This document shows, piece by piece, positions 26,582 to 40,002 of a stretch of 64,000 nucleotides of DNA (position 1 is its first letter; each line of letters begins with the position of its first letter). The stretch comes from Paramecium tetraurelia (Eukaryota): NCBI GenBank assembly GCA_000165425.1, contig CT868032.1, forward strand, positions 124,001 through 188,000, in the 5' to 3' direction. A program made the position numbers and the translations under genes. Under the pieces are notes generated by a model. It made no database searches, had not been told where the DNA came from, and saw only the letters and a list, made by a program, of their open reading frames with translations.

Positions 26582-28420
26582 TCAATTTTTACTCTATGTA
26601 ATTATCAATGATTAAGCTATTTCACTCTCACTATCAAAACGAGGACTTACAAATGCCAGTTATTCGTACTCTTTAGCCAATGCATCATTTTTTAATTGAC
26701 TTTAGTAAATCTGACTAATGCGATTGTAAGACTATTGTGATTTAGATTGCTTATAATAATCGATTGCATTAAGATATTTACCTTATTATTCATAATGCTA
26801 TCCTAATTGAAAAAGAGCTTAATTTTATCCCATTTCAACAATCTAAGAATAAATTTAAACGTCCTTGTTGATTTCTGATAATTTATCAAGACATTTTTGA
26901 TTATTTAACTTTGAACCCAATTGATAATAGGTTTGCTGAAGTAAAAGATTATTATTATTGCATAAACCCAAATAATAATAAGCTTCACTACTTTATTTTG
27001 TGACAGCGAGAAGTTGCAGATAGTCTTAAAACTTATTTAAAGAATTAGCATGCAAAGAGTCTTCATATAAATATTGATATAGTTCTTCCACACATCTTAA
27101 GTCTTGATTTAATGCTCCTTATAACAATAAAGACAATCCCTTTTCTTTTTCATGATCTTCCAAATAGTGCAATCCAAGGTAATAATAAGCAGGAGTGTAT
27201 TCCTTTTTGATAGCCTCATTTAAGTAATTGATGCTTTTCAGGCTGTCAGTTTCAATTATACCTAGATCACACATTCCTCTGCAAGTATGTTAGCCTTTAG
27301 TAGCATATTGTTTAGCCAATTATTAATTCTTTTGAAATAGGAATTCGTTATTTTACGAAACTCCTTAATAATATAAAATGGCCAAGTCAAGGCATGCTTC
27401 AATGTGACCTTGATCAGCTGCTTGTTTAATATACTAGATTCCTTTTTGGATTTTTTTTTTGTTTATTAATTCTATTTTACCATATTAAAAGACTGATTGT
27501 AAATTATTAGATTTGATGTTAGATTTATAAATTTATCTGGCTTATTTGATGTTTTAGGCTACCAACTTACCTTATTAATATAATTGAGCTAAAGCATTTT
27601 TGGAATCTGCAGTACCAATTTAGATATACATTTGAATTCCTTCTTATATGTCCTACATACAGTTGAGACCATAAGTCAATTCATGAGCTTGTAGCAATTA
27701 GTTTTAAGTCTTTAAATTGGAAATCTCCTCTTTTAATTTAGTAATCTATTTTTTCAATTCATCAATTTGTAACTGTTGTTATGGATTATCTTTATAAATT
27801 TCCTTAATAACTTCCTTCTCCTTATAAATAACTTCCTGTTAATTTGGATTAGTTTGAATTGAGGCAACTTTATGCAGTTTTTTGTTTTTCTCTTGTTCTT
27901 TCTTCATATTTGTATAATTCAATTGCAATTCATCCAACATAGATTGGATCAGATTGAAATCTATATCTATTAGATTATATTTGGATTCTAACTGTTGAGC
28001 ATATTCCCAAAAAGGAATATAGGTTATCAAATTATTGTACTTGGTAAGAAAGGTTTGCAGCTGAGTTTTGTGATTACAAAAAGTACTCAATAGTAGTTAT
28101 TAACCAGCATGTTATAATTCTAAAGCAGAGGTAAAAGTCTTCTTGCATTAAGTGTCAGCATATTTATTGATGTGAATATTGAATGCGCATTGTTTAGAGG
28201 AGATATCGTCCATTATCTTTTATAGTTTTTTTAGTTCTCTTTACATTTCAGTCTTCTATTATTAACTGAGATATGGCAGTGTATTTACACCAGCACTTAG
28301 TTTTTCGAACATTTTCTGACTTGATGCATCATTGATCTTTTTGTTAAAGTGATGGATGTCAGCCTCAACTTTTTTGATTTGTTTTTCTTTGCATTACTTG
28401 AGGTAATCAATTAAATTCAT
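26582..28420 (-). CDS. SEL1-like repeat protein (612 aa)
   Basis: Uninterrupted frame; repeats such as GIQYIKQAADQGHIEACLDLAILYY and SINYLNEAIKKEYTPAYYYLGLHY. Confidence 0.85.
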
Positions 28421-28437
28421 GTTAAATTAATTTAATT

Positions 28438-30471
28438 ATGTAGTTATTTTCATATGCAATTATTGTTCCATCCTCTATTTCAATTATCTATATGCTTATG
28501 ATGATTCGACGCTATTGTTACTTGAAATCGGACATAGTTGCTAATGAGATTAGATTAAATTGTTCTCTCAAGTTTCGCGTGTTTTTATTGATTTGTGATA
28601 TAGGTATACAATCACATATTAATAAACAGTCTAGGCATTTAAGGTACTCAATTTGGAATGATTTTTCTATGCAAATATTGTGAGGAATATCAAGATTACA
28701 TTTTGATGGTACTCCTAATTACTATGATTACTTAATTGCTCTAAATATTCCTGATGGTACAAAAACAATGAAATTTAGATCTTTGAGTATAAGAAACGAG
28801 TTCCATTATATTTTGCTCATAAAATTTATTGGATAGCGAGTTGGATTGTGCTTCTTATTATAACCAGCTTGATCTTATATTATTATGGCTATTTAACCAA
28901 CATGCCTTATCTAATTTTTGGTAGAATAATCTTTATATCAATTCTTTTGATTTACACTCTCTTTGTTAGAAAGTAAGACTTAGCAGAATTTGAAGATTTG
29001 GGATTTTTTAATAGCGAATTACCAGATGTCGACATTTCCTCATTGGAATAGAAACTGAGGATTTCAACTTTAAATAGTATGATTTTATGATAATTTTAAG
29101 ATTTTCAAACTCAATTTTTTTCAGTGGAACTCTAAAAGATTTGGAACATTGTGGACAATGATATTGAAATTAAAATGAACATGTAATTAAGAATTTATTA
29201 ATTTAGTCATTTGATTGATTAAGAAAAGAGTATAAAATTGAAGAAGAGAGTCTCTCAATTATTTGAAATGCACCATCAATTAATCATAGAATGTTAAGCC
29301 TATTTTGAAATGCACAATAATGATTTACTCTAATTAGAATATTTGATTCGGTAGATCTCAGATAATACAGACTCGCAATTAATTAACTACATACAAAAAT
29401 ACTTCAATGTTCTGATTAGCAAGGTTGATTTATTATCCAATACATTTTTGGACTTCATTGAATTTCCTTAGCAAGAAAGAGAATTGTTGAATGATATCAA
29501 ATTATAACACCGACAACTTCATAAGTCATCTCTGATTAAGAAGCAATAAACCAGTCTCCCTTATAAGAAATGGGAATTGCACAAACCCTATATTCCCTAC
29601 ATGAATGTGAAAATCAAGGAACATCAAACAATCAAGCAACATGGAGATTCCTACATCTAGTATTCAATAGTGATCACAATTAATTAAGAAACTCTAATGT
29701 CATAGAAGAGATTTAGAGAGTTTCATGATTTGAATGAATAATTAAAATAATAAGGAATCAAGTACTCATCCTTATTCCCACAAAAGAGTATTGGAAAGCT
29801 AACTGAAGTGGATTTAGAGGAACGTCAAAAAGATTTAGAAATCTATTTAAAAGTATTATTAAACGACAGAAAGAACCATAGTTGTTTGCCATTATTCAAA
29901 TTTGTAGGCTTATCTGCAAATTAAGATCCCTTTTTAAAGAAATAATATTCTCGTATGCAAAGAGATGTAGAGTAAGTATCTTAATCTACAGTCAAATTCT
30001 TATAATATGACGATGCTTAGGATCAAAATGGAGATAAATATTATAAATATCAATTTTAGATTATCAACCATAATATCTTTAATTAATATCACATCATTTC
30101 TAAAAGATACTCTTAATTTCATGAATTACACAGGATTTTAAAAAAGAGGTAAACTTATATATCTATTAAACTATAATAGGGTTCAATTCTTGCCTTTATT
30201 ACCATAAAAGTTAAGTGCATTGTAACAGAATATTAATCCAAATCAAAGAAGTGGACTGCTCCTCTAATATCTGAATGAATTGATAAAGAATCCATTAGTT
30301 TGTGAGAACCCTCACTTTAGATAATTTATTGATATCCCTTTTTTTGATTTTGAATCTGATGAAATAACCTTATCAGAAACAAAGAGCTAGTTTAATCAAA
30401 TCTTTAGGTCATAAGGAAATGATTCAATAATTAAAAAGATAGATGATATGAAGATAAGATTATGGGATTGA
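28438..30471 (+). CDS. Membrane protein with N-terminal TM segments, helical linker and two PX (phox) domains
   Basis: Several hydrophobic N-terminal segments; PX1 KRFREFHDLNEQL...FPQK...LEERQKDLEIYL; PX2 KRYSQFHELHRIL...LPLLPQK...FRQFI; at least three short introns; TGA at 30469-30471. Confidence 0.82.
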
Positions 30472-30770
30472 ATGCTTATAAATTTATATCTTTTAAAGAA
30501 TGAAGAATTTTAAAATACATTTATATTTTGCATAAAAGAATTACTATAACTTGTAAAATACAAATCTAGTTTGCTTTCTTTTTTCTATGGCCAATTTAAG
30601 TTGAAAATACCCATTTAGAAGGTAGAATTCTAGATTTAGATATACCAATCTTTTCAAGACTGATAGTATGATCATTATCCTCAAAATTTAGATAATTATT
30701 TCTTAATAAAATCAAAGTCTTTAAAATGATATTATTTATATTAATGATTAAAACTCTAGCAAATTCTAAA

Positions 30771-31515
30771 ATGCCTTAAATAATTTCATAGCTCTTTCAA
30801 GAATGGTATTTATAATAGTTTGAAAAAAAAAACATTTCAACGAGATAATAAAGCATTATATGTCAAATCTTCAACATTAGGTAAACAGCTGATGACATTT
30901 TTGAATTGTTGATTTCAGACTCGAAATGTATTTTCCCTGCCAAAATATACAAGTTTGTATTGCAATAATGCTGTGATAAAATTAATAAGAATGTGAAAAA
31001 TGAATTAAAGATGCTGAGAGTAATTTCAATCAAAATATAAGGGAGCTTTAGTAGTATTGAATTAGATCGATTTCTTGAGAGTAAAGAAGGAATTCAGATT
31101 TGAAATTTTGATATTGGACATGAATTATATTGATGGATTGGGAGGAGCAATTGTCAATGAAATATAATTGTAAACTAAGAGACCAGCCATTATTAAATTA
31201 GAAGAGAGATCCTTGCCCCTCTATGAAGAATTCTCTAAAATTTTCGAAAAGATAATGGAGATCGAATCGAATCAATTACATGAACTGTCAATTAAAAAGA
31301 AAAATGAATAGAAACAAGCCTTATCAGAAGACGAGTAGATGAAGATAACAATAATTTAATAAGAAATGCCAAAGAGCCAATATCTGGTGTATGATGCATC
31401 CCTCTACCCAGAGTAACATTTTTTGGAGAAACAATTCAAAGCTTAATTCAAGTTTGTGCCTTACATAAGTCTCAAACTCAGTTCAAGGGGAACGAAGAAA
31501 ATAGAATAACAATGA
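30771..31515 (+). CDS. Putative TPP1/Est3/TEBP-beta/p50-like OB-fold telomere protein (240 aa)
   Basis: ATG30771 (alternative ATG30726), 22-nt intron GTAATTTCAATCAAAATATAAG at 31020-31041, TGA at 31513-31515. Motif series ICQIFNI...LLISDSKCIFPAKI...LRGALVVLNQ...FEILILDMNYIDGLG. The gene model is solid; the family call is pattern recognition only. Confidence 0.6.
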
Positions 31516-31583
31516 TGACTATTAATATAATATGATATATATGATGTAATTCGTTTCAACCCTCTGCACCAAATATTCATTGT

Positions 31584-34505
31584 TCAAACATCTAATTGTA
31601 AATCATTTTGGAATGTTCCAATTTACATGATTGACGAAGGAGGTTATCCGATATTGATAACATTGGATTGGTCAATCTCTTGTAAATCTTAATTTCTCCT
31701 AATTTCATTCTAATCGGCAACCTTTATGAATGCCTGAGTATCAGGTATAAAATTGAATCCAAATTCACTGTTCCTAACTCCCTTTGTTAATGGGAACTCT
31801 CCCAAATCATGATCAAATTGATTAAGGTTATCTACAAGAGAATAAACAAAATATGGATACCCGTCTGAGCATAAGAATACACACTCTTTTCATCGTTGTT
31901 ACCATTCATAGTGTTATTACGTCTTTCTGGGATAAACTTTTAAGGTGGTCTAAATTTCATCTGACTGGATTTAAGATTAGGCAATGAACCCTCCATCAAC
32001 AAGTCCAGATCCTTAAAGTGATTTAACATGTTGTTCCAAAGATTATCCTATCAAATAGATCACATAAACATACTTTACTCAATACTCTAGCATTTCCAAT
32101 GACGATCAATCCATATCTGGCTCTGGTGATGGTGACATTCAATCTTCTTGGGTTGGTCAAGAAACCAATGCCTTGAGTGTCATTTGAACGGACACAAGAA
32201 ATGATAATGAAATCCTTCTCTCTACCTTAGAAGCCATCCACAGAAGCAACTTCGATGTCTCTATATTGATTGTAAGGTAATTGTCCATTCCTTTATAGAT
32301 ATGAAAGTATGTATGTGCGTTGTCCTTTATAGGGAGTGATGATTCCAATTTTGTTTAATTTAACGGTGTTCTGATAAAGGTAATAAACTGCCTATTCTAC
32401 AGCAACTGCTTCTTGGGTGTTAAGATATGAGGTGCCTGATGCAGATAGTTACTCTTGGCCAGTTACATTAATGAATATCATAGGCTTTTGCTTATTTGGC
32501 CAAGGGAAGTTGCCAGAATGAGTTCTATCACTTATAGTGACTCCATTCTGCAAGGTACCTTCATAAAATGTGTTGGATGGGAAGACAGTTAATTCAGGGT
32601 GCATACGATATTGAACTTACAATCTAACAGGTCTTATTCCTAATTGTACTAATCTTTCAAACAAACTTCTGTCCAAGCCAACCGAAGCTGCTTCTCTACT
32701 CTAAACAACAGGACCCAATTGTCTATGATCTCCTACCAAGATTACATGTTTGGCTCCCTTTAACATTGGTAATAAGCACTCTGGCTCTATAGCTTGAGTT
32801 GCTTCATCAATCAAAACAAATAAGAATCTCATTTCTTTAAGTCTTTTATCAGCTGATCCAATACACGTAGTACATATGATATCAGCTTACTCAATAATTT
32901 CCTTCTCTGCCTCATCTCTCATTCTAATGAATACTTATTCATCCTTTTAATCTAATTCTCCTTGTTAATCTAACAATTCATAAAATGCTTATAATTGATG
33001 ATATTATGGTATATCCAAACTTCGCACCTAACTGTGCAATGTCAGAAATTCAATATTTGTACTAACACTTTCTCTTGTTTTACTACAGAGTCTGACAACT
33101 TTGACACCTGTTTTGTTAATCTTTTCAGCCAATTAATCAACAACAATGTTACTTGGTGCACAAACCAAGATCTATCCTCTTTGTTTTTGTTTTTCCATAG
33201 CCTTCACTAATTGATAAACAATAGTGGCACTGGTAACAGTCTTACCAGTTCCAGGTGGACCTTATATCAATGACAATGGAGACTTCAAAGCTTTCTTAAC
33301 TGCATCTGCTTGATAAACATTTAAATCCGGTAGATTTGGAGCAGATAGCTTCTGTGGAATACTCTCCACTGCTGTTGGAGGAGCTAAAGTATCGATTCTT
33401 CCCAAGATCATCTTATACAGATAATTACTAGTGGAACTACTTTGTGTAAGAAATGTCTTTAATCCTATTTGCATTCTTTTAAAGGTTGTAGACACCCAGA
33501 TGCATTCAACTGTATACCCTTCCTCTATATTATTAGGAGGAGGATCATTCTGATGTAATTCCAAACAGATTTCCTCATTATTAATTACTTTGATCACAGT
33601 TCCTTTTGATTACCAATTGTAATTCCCATTTTTTAAACTCAACTACATCTCACTTCCCAACAGAGTATTTGTGTCAAACTCTTCTCTGCCTCCATATAAA
33701 AAGTAGGCCAATCTCTTCTTCTTCAAACTCAAATCCCATTTCACTTTCACACTTTATACTACTTGTCCTTCCTTCACTTACTTATCTTGCTCTTCTTCCA
33801 ATTTGACTAGTGGTGAAAATACTTGCTGATAGTGATTAGCGTCTTTGTATCGCAACTACACTTCCTTTAGTTATTGATTTGGACCTTTTCTATCCAAATC
33901 GTCAAATTTCAATCCCTCCTTTTTCTTCCTTTCCTCCTCATACTGATTTATACGTTCCAAAGTAACCATACGTGACTAAGATCATCTCTATAATGAATTA
34001 CATTTATTTTATCTCCCTAACCCAATAACCATTCCTAAATACTCTTGTCCTTGATTAGTGGCTAATAATCATTTGAGTCCCAAGTGATCTCTCCCAATTG
34101 TCTCAATGGGAGACAGCCTCGGCAAAGAATCAAAATGTTTTCTTCTTCTTCCACCCTCACTAAAAATACTCAAATACTATTTGTACCATTCACTTGTCCA
34201 AGAGTGAACAAATTTTTCTATTCACAACCATAGCACTCAATAGTTGTTATTTCCACCTTGTTTTTGCTATGCAAACTGATTTAACTGTGCTTATTCTTAA
34301 TCAAGTGAAGTATTATGTGTGATCCGCTCTTTGTTGCACTGTTGCAGTACCATCTCTTGCATGTTAAACATTGTGCAACAGCATTTACATCAGATTATAA
34401 ACAATAACTAAATAATAATCGCTCAACTACTTACTCGCAAGAATGTTCAGCTACTTGAATTTGCTACTCCGTCGTTCTTCTAAATTTTTCAATTGTTTCT
34501 TCCAT
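31584..34505 (-). CDS. UPF1: Regulator of nonsense transcripts 1, SF1B RNA helicase
   Basis: N-terminal CH zinc domain (HSCDYC...[10 protein letters not shown]...SHIILHL), [61 protein letters not shown]; several short introns; TGA at 31584-31586. Confidence 0.97.
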
Positions 34506-34788
34506 AAAACTCTTTAAACAAGATCAAATTTTTATTATTTAATTTAAATACTATTAAAGAATTTGAGACATTACAAATATTTTATATTAACCTTTTATAA
34601 TTTGATATATCTATTAAATCAGTTAAAATAAAACCTACTTGAAGCAATACAACATATTTCATAAGAATTTAAGATTAGTAGAAATATCCCCTAAAGTCTA
34701 TTTTCCGTTAATCAAAAAGCTTTCTATATTTTAATTTAAAACCCACCTTAACTTTGATAAATATCTAATATTTTCTAAAAATAATTAT

Positions 34789-37481
34789 ATGGATCTTTCT
34801 TTGGACTCAAATCAAACAGTCACTGTTGATTACTCTCATCTCCTTTAAGTCAAGGATCCTAACCCAAATTTTGTACATTCCTTCTTAGAGACAACCATTT
34901 TCTAAATACTAAAAAATCATTCCGATGTATTCACCTTTAATGATTTTGAAATTTATGACATCAAAAGTGGGAGTAGAGCAGTTATGCTAGAAAATGGAGT
35001 ATTGATAGGGTCAGGGGGACATGGCGATGTTTATTACACTTATAATCCTTAAACACAACAAAAGGCTGCTCTAAAGGTGTAAAAGGATTGCTCTTTTTAA
35101 GCTGTCCTTCAATATGCAGAGGAATTCAAAATCCAAAAAATAATTGAGGAAATTTACCCGGAGTGCATCATCAAGGTTTAAGGAAAGGTTTTTATTTCTC
35201 AAAATTATGTTGATAGTTACAAAATGCACACTTATTTGGAATTAGGAACGGGGAATTTGAGAAGTTATACAAATAGATTATCTGAGGTTGAAATTGATAA
35301 TGTTTTCAATTGCATTCTAGATAGTATTATCAAAATTCATTCAATCAAAATTGCTCATCGAGACATCAAATTAGATAACATTCTAAAGACAAAAGAAAAT
35401 GGGTGGGTCCTATCAGATTTCGGGTGCTCAACTCAATATTAAACACCTTATGGAGAATATCCAATTCTTGGCACTATTCAGTACTACAAAAAATCAATTA
35501 GATAGACTTATGCTTAAAATCAAAGAAAATGTAAAATGAATTTATTTAAAAATGATATTTACGCATTCTAATTAGTGATGCTCTAAATTATTTATCCTGA
35601 GAAATCTATGATAGAATTGAATACTATTCTAGATGAGAAGAAAATGGTGCATCCAAGAATTAATTAACTTTACGATAAAGATTATTTTATAATTAAGAGA
35701 GATTTCAGTAAAATTAAATACACTAGATAATCAACAATCTTAGATGATGATCTTAATATACACTTTGATAAAGCAGCCTAAGATACTAGATTAGATCCGC
35801 TGGCATAATTCGCTTTTAGTTTTTTTTCATTTGCCAAATAATTAAGTGTTTTTCAAAGCATATTCCTAAAACTCTATTTTGAAGAATATCAACAGGAGAA
35901 GCAGGATACTATTCGCACGGCTTATCTAATGAAGAGTTTTGTTTTAAATTATTATTAATTCAAAACAGTTTAAGAAATCTTTGATCAAATCTAATTTGAA
36001 AAGTTATCTAAATTAGAATATGATTTATATTACGATGTTTTTGGAAGAAGAGGCTCAAAAATCCTTCAGTTAATGCTTTGTCAACGATATTAATAGATTT
36101 TGGGTAACAATAACAGCAACTTGCTTCTCTAAGAGGCAGAAATTCTTTATATCATGTGTCTTTGGGATGATGCAAAATCCATAATTAACAGCATTAAAGA
36201 TCCATCATTGTTAGAGAGTGACGAAGCAATCCTAAAATATTGTTGTCTTAAGGCTCGTTTAAACAATTTATGGGTTGAAAATCATGATGATATTATTAAG
36301 TACTTAAGAAATTATAAAGAAACCTTTTAAATCCTATTTGAATGGAAATTCCTATTGATAGATTCTATTTGGATGGACAGATATAAGGGTAAGGTTAATA
36401 AAATTTACAAAAAATATTATCGAATAAAGAAAGATATTTTAGAATAAAACACTGATAGCGATTCAATCAAGGAAACATTTCAGGTCATAAATCTAGTTAA
36501 ATTTGGTGAAAAGCCACTTGTCGATAATGAAGATCAAAAGTATAAGAATTTTATAAGTTAATTGAAGAAACCCCTTACATAAGTGTCGTTAATGAAAGAC
36601 TATATGAATTATGATAATTATTCAATCTTCTATTATAATTGGACATATCTGGAGGGGGTTGATGTTTATGGTGAGGGGTTTAGAAATAATATTGAGGATT
36701 TCATACAGTTTATAGAAGAGAACCTCTAAGGTTATTATTTCAATTGGGTTATTTTCGATTTATATTCTCAACATCTCACATATAGAAATGAGTTTAAAAA
36801 GGCAGAGCTATATAATTAAAAAGCCTTGGACATCGTGAAAAATGATTGTGTCTTTCACTAATTAATAGTGCATCATCATCTATTTAGATTAAAATTTAAA
36901 TAACGAAGTAGAGATATTTATTAGCAGCTTAAGATCGTTTTCCAGATTGCATTAACTTGTTGCCATCTTCGAATTTGAGATTCTATTATGCAAGATACAT
37001 TCAAGAGGAAGAAGGTATATAATGGCCAGAAGGCATAGATATGTAAACTCTATTTAAATGGGAAATAAGTCATTTAAACGCAGATGATAGGAAATATCTT
37101 GATTTAAATTCTGAATATCTTTCAAATAAGCTAATGATTCTGTAGGATTAAAACTTCCACAAATTCAAATAACATATGAATCAATTTTTACCTAACTTGG
37201 TTGAATATATAAAATGTATGGTACTTCCAGAATTTTACGAATTGATTAAAGTGGCTTAATAAACAGGCTAACCATATAAATTGGTAAGAATACTAATCTA
37301 GAGATATCTAACGTTAAAAATAATATACAATCAAATAGGGGGTGCATTAAATTAAGTATCATGTAATTACGATGATGAGTATTTTGCTTATGTAAGACAC
37401 TGTATAGAGGATAATGATGAACCTGAATAAGAAGTGATCCCTATTTCTAAGTACTTTTTTTATTGTGAAAGTTAGTTATGA
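34789..37481 (+). CDS. Divergent Ser/Thr protein kinase with long helical C-terminal extension
   Basis: GSGGHGDV, AALK, HRDIKLDNIL, LSDFG, GTIQY (no APE). The frame stops at 36976-36978 unless a 17-20-nt intron starting at 36908 is removed, which extends it to TGA at 37479-37481. Confidence 0.8.
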
Positions 37482-37831
37482 GAGACTATGTGAAATTAAT
37501 AATATTTGTAAAACATAAAATTATTCATTAAATCTTATACAACTGCATTACATCACTTAATATTTTAAGGGATTCATCCGATTCTTAAATTTTCTGTACT
37601 CTAATAATTAAATTTTTATTCTATTTTAAGAATCACAGCATAAATAGGGAAAAGAATTCTCTCCATTTTGAATTCTATACAAGGCAGAACTCAATTCTTA
37701 AAGTTATATCAGTTATGGATCTCTTATTTTAGGAATTAAAATTATTTTAATAGTGAACTAAGGGGGTGTGGGTTAAAAATAGGAGTTGATATTGATTAAA
37801 AAAACAATAAAATTTATATTAGCTAAACTAT

Positions 37832-38526
37832 ATGAGTCTAAATCCAAAGCCTTAAGTTTTATGTGAGGGGTATCAATAGGTTTTTATCGAAAGGTTATAA
37901 TGCAGGTCTCGATTTCTTTAAAAGCGATGCAATTACTATAAAAAAAGTATAGAACTACTGAGGATCTAATTATATCAAGCAGAGACTCCTAAGAAATTAT
38001 CAGAATCTAAGGTTTCTGTAGCTTCTACTGATTCTAATTTCTCAACTTTGGCTGATGAAAACGATTCGACCCCTAATTTACAAGAAAAATTGTAATAGAA
38101 ATAATGTAAAATCTACGAACTTAAAGAGGCCATGTTAACTCTTTAAAGTAAGGTTAATAGTTTGCAAGCATAAAACGATGAAATGTAAATTCAATTATCA
38201 AAGCAACACAAAGAATTTCTTAGAAATGACAAAGTGACTCATTCTGGTATTTCATTCTACTATCATTAGTGAATCTCCCAAAATCTACCAGTCAGACAGA
38301 AAAGGCAATGGCGGTGATTGACAAATTTATTTAACCATTCACTGTAAACTCATTCAAATCTTAAGATGGCAAACCTCCATCGACTGAAGAGAAGAGGAAG
38401 ATGATAAAGAGAATGAGCATGAATGCAGGGGCATCTGCATTTATGATGGCCATGAAAGGGGATTATACTACATTGTAGAGTGCTTTCGAGGAGATCTAAA
38501 GTAACAACAATCTTGAACAATCCTGA
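37832..38526 (+). CDS. Hypothetical coiled-coil protein
   Basis: ATG37832, 23-nt intron at about 38247-38269, TGA at 38524-38526. Confidence 0.7.
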
Positions 38527-38610
38527 ATTAATTAATTTAATATATAAATTTTTGTTGCCGCATACAAAGCATATTGGTTGGTTAAAACAAAATAAGTTTT
38601 ATATATATTT

Positions 38611-39240
38611 ATGTAAGAATCAGATATTGAATCTCAATTTTTATATCAATCCATTGCCTAATAATAGGAGAGTGTGGAAGAGAAGCAAATATTGGTTAGT
38701 AGATTGACTGAAACCAATCAGATTTAGGATGAATCAGTTCAAATCAATTTAGATTCTGAGATTATCACTTAGTTAAGGGAAGAAATTGTAGAGTTGCAGA
38801 AAAAAAATCAATATTTAACAGACCAAATTAATGAGAGAGACAATCAGATTGCTTCATTAAAAGAGGAGGTGTAAAGATAAACACTCTTGTATGAGACATA
38901 TCTAATTGCTGAAGTGTAACTCAAACAATAAATTGAGGAGTTGAAAAAGAAAGTAATAGAACGCTAAGAGTAAACACCTCCTCAACTGTAAAATGTATCC
39001 AAGCTCAATTTGGATTTCAGTTGGGTCAATCATATGGAAAGAGATCTCTCACAGGATGGTTTATTGGAACGATATGATCGTTACAAATCCAACAAGCGTC
39101 TAGTACCAATTTCAATTAAGCCATATTCAGAAAAATTCAGATACAACAATCAATAAAACAGCCCATACTTTGAGCAATAGCAATAGACAGCAAGAAACTA
39201 AAATATATAGAAGAAGAGAATCAATTAAAATAAATAATGA
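38611..39240 (+). CDS. Hypothetical coiled-coil protein (209 aa)
   Basis: Uninterrupted code-6 frame, Q/E-rich heptads, TGA at 39238-39240. Confidence 0.72.
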
Positions 39241-40002
39241 TTTTGTTTCATCCCTTTTTAATATTGGTGATACTTCACAATTGAGATAATCTATATTACT
39301 CCAATTACTTAGTTGTTCAATAATAATTATTAATAATTTAATACTCTCCTTCTTATAATTTTTTAATGATATTTAAAATAATTAGTCCATCTTCTCAGCA
39401 ATTTAATTATATAAATAATAACTTATTATAATTATTCAAATTAAACATATATTTTTATATATCAAAATATTGAGCTGTTTCCTTAAATCAACAATTGAAA
39501 TTAAAGAATTAAAATCATTAAATCGAAAATATAACTTAGAGGATCATTTAATCATTTAAATAAAATAACTGATACATAAAAATTATAACAATAAAATACC
39601 AAATAATAGGATTGAATTTTCATAATAATATTGTATCTTAGCTTTACATTCCCATTAATTGAATGTTAAATGATCATTTAATCAAGATATTAAATAGATT
39701 TAGTGAAATAAAGTTTGATACTATTCAAATATTGAATTAATAAGAAAACAGCGCTCATCATTCAAATTGGCAAGGACAAGAATATCTTTATATTTTAGAT
39801 TCCTTAAATTAATCAAAGTACAGAATTCAATTAATGAGAAAAATATAACTATTGATTTAGTCATTGAATATACACGATATAGAACTAGAATTTTTGATAA
39901 ATTAGTAGATATCATTTAATATGGATAAAAGATTAATAGAAACAAGATAACAATAATAATGTAGTTTATATATAAATACAGAATAATTTTACATCAGCCT
40001 GA

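Noticed and set aside
31010..31045. Apparent frameshift in the OB-fold gene
   Set aside because: Resolved by a normal-sized 22-nt GTA...AAG intron
37755..37780. G-rich patch (agggggtgtgggtt) as an internal telomeric repeat
   Set aside because: Not a tandem TT(T/G)GGG array; no telomere addition site seen in the window
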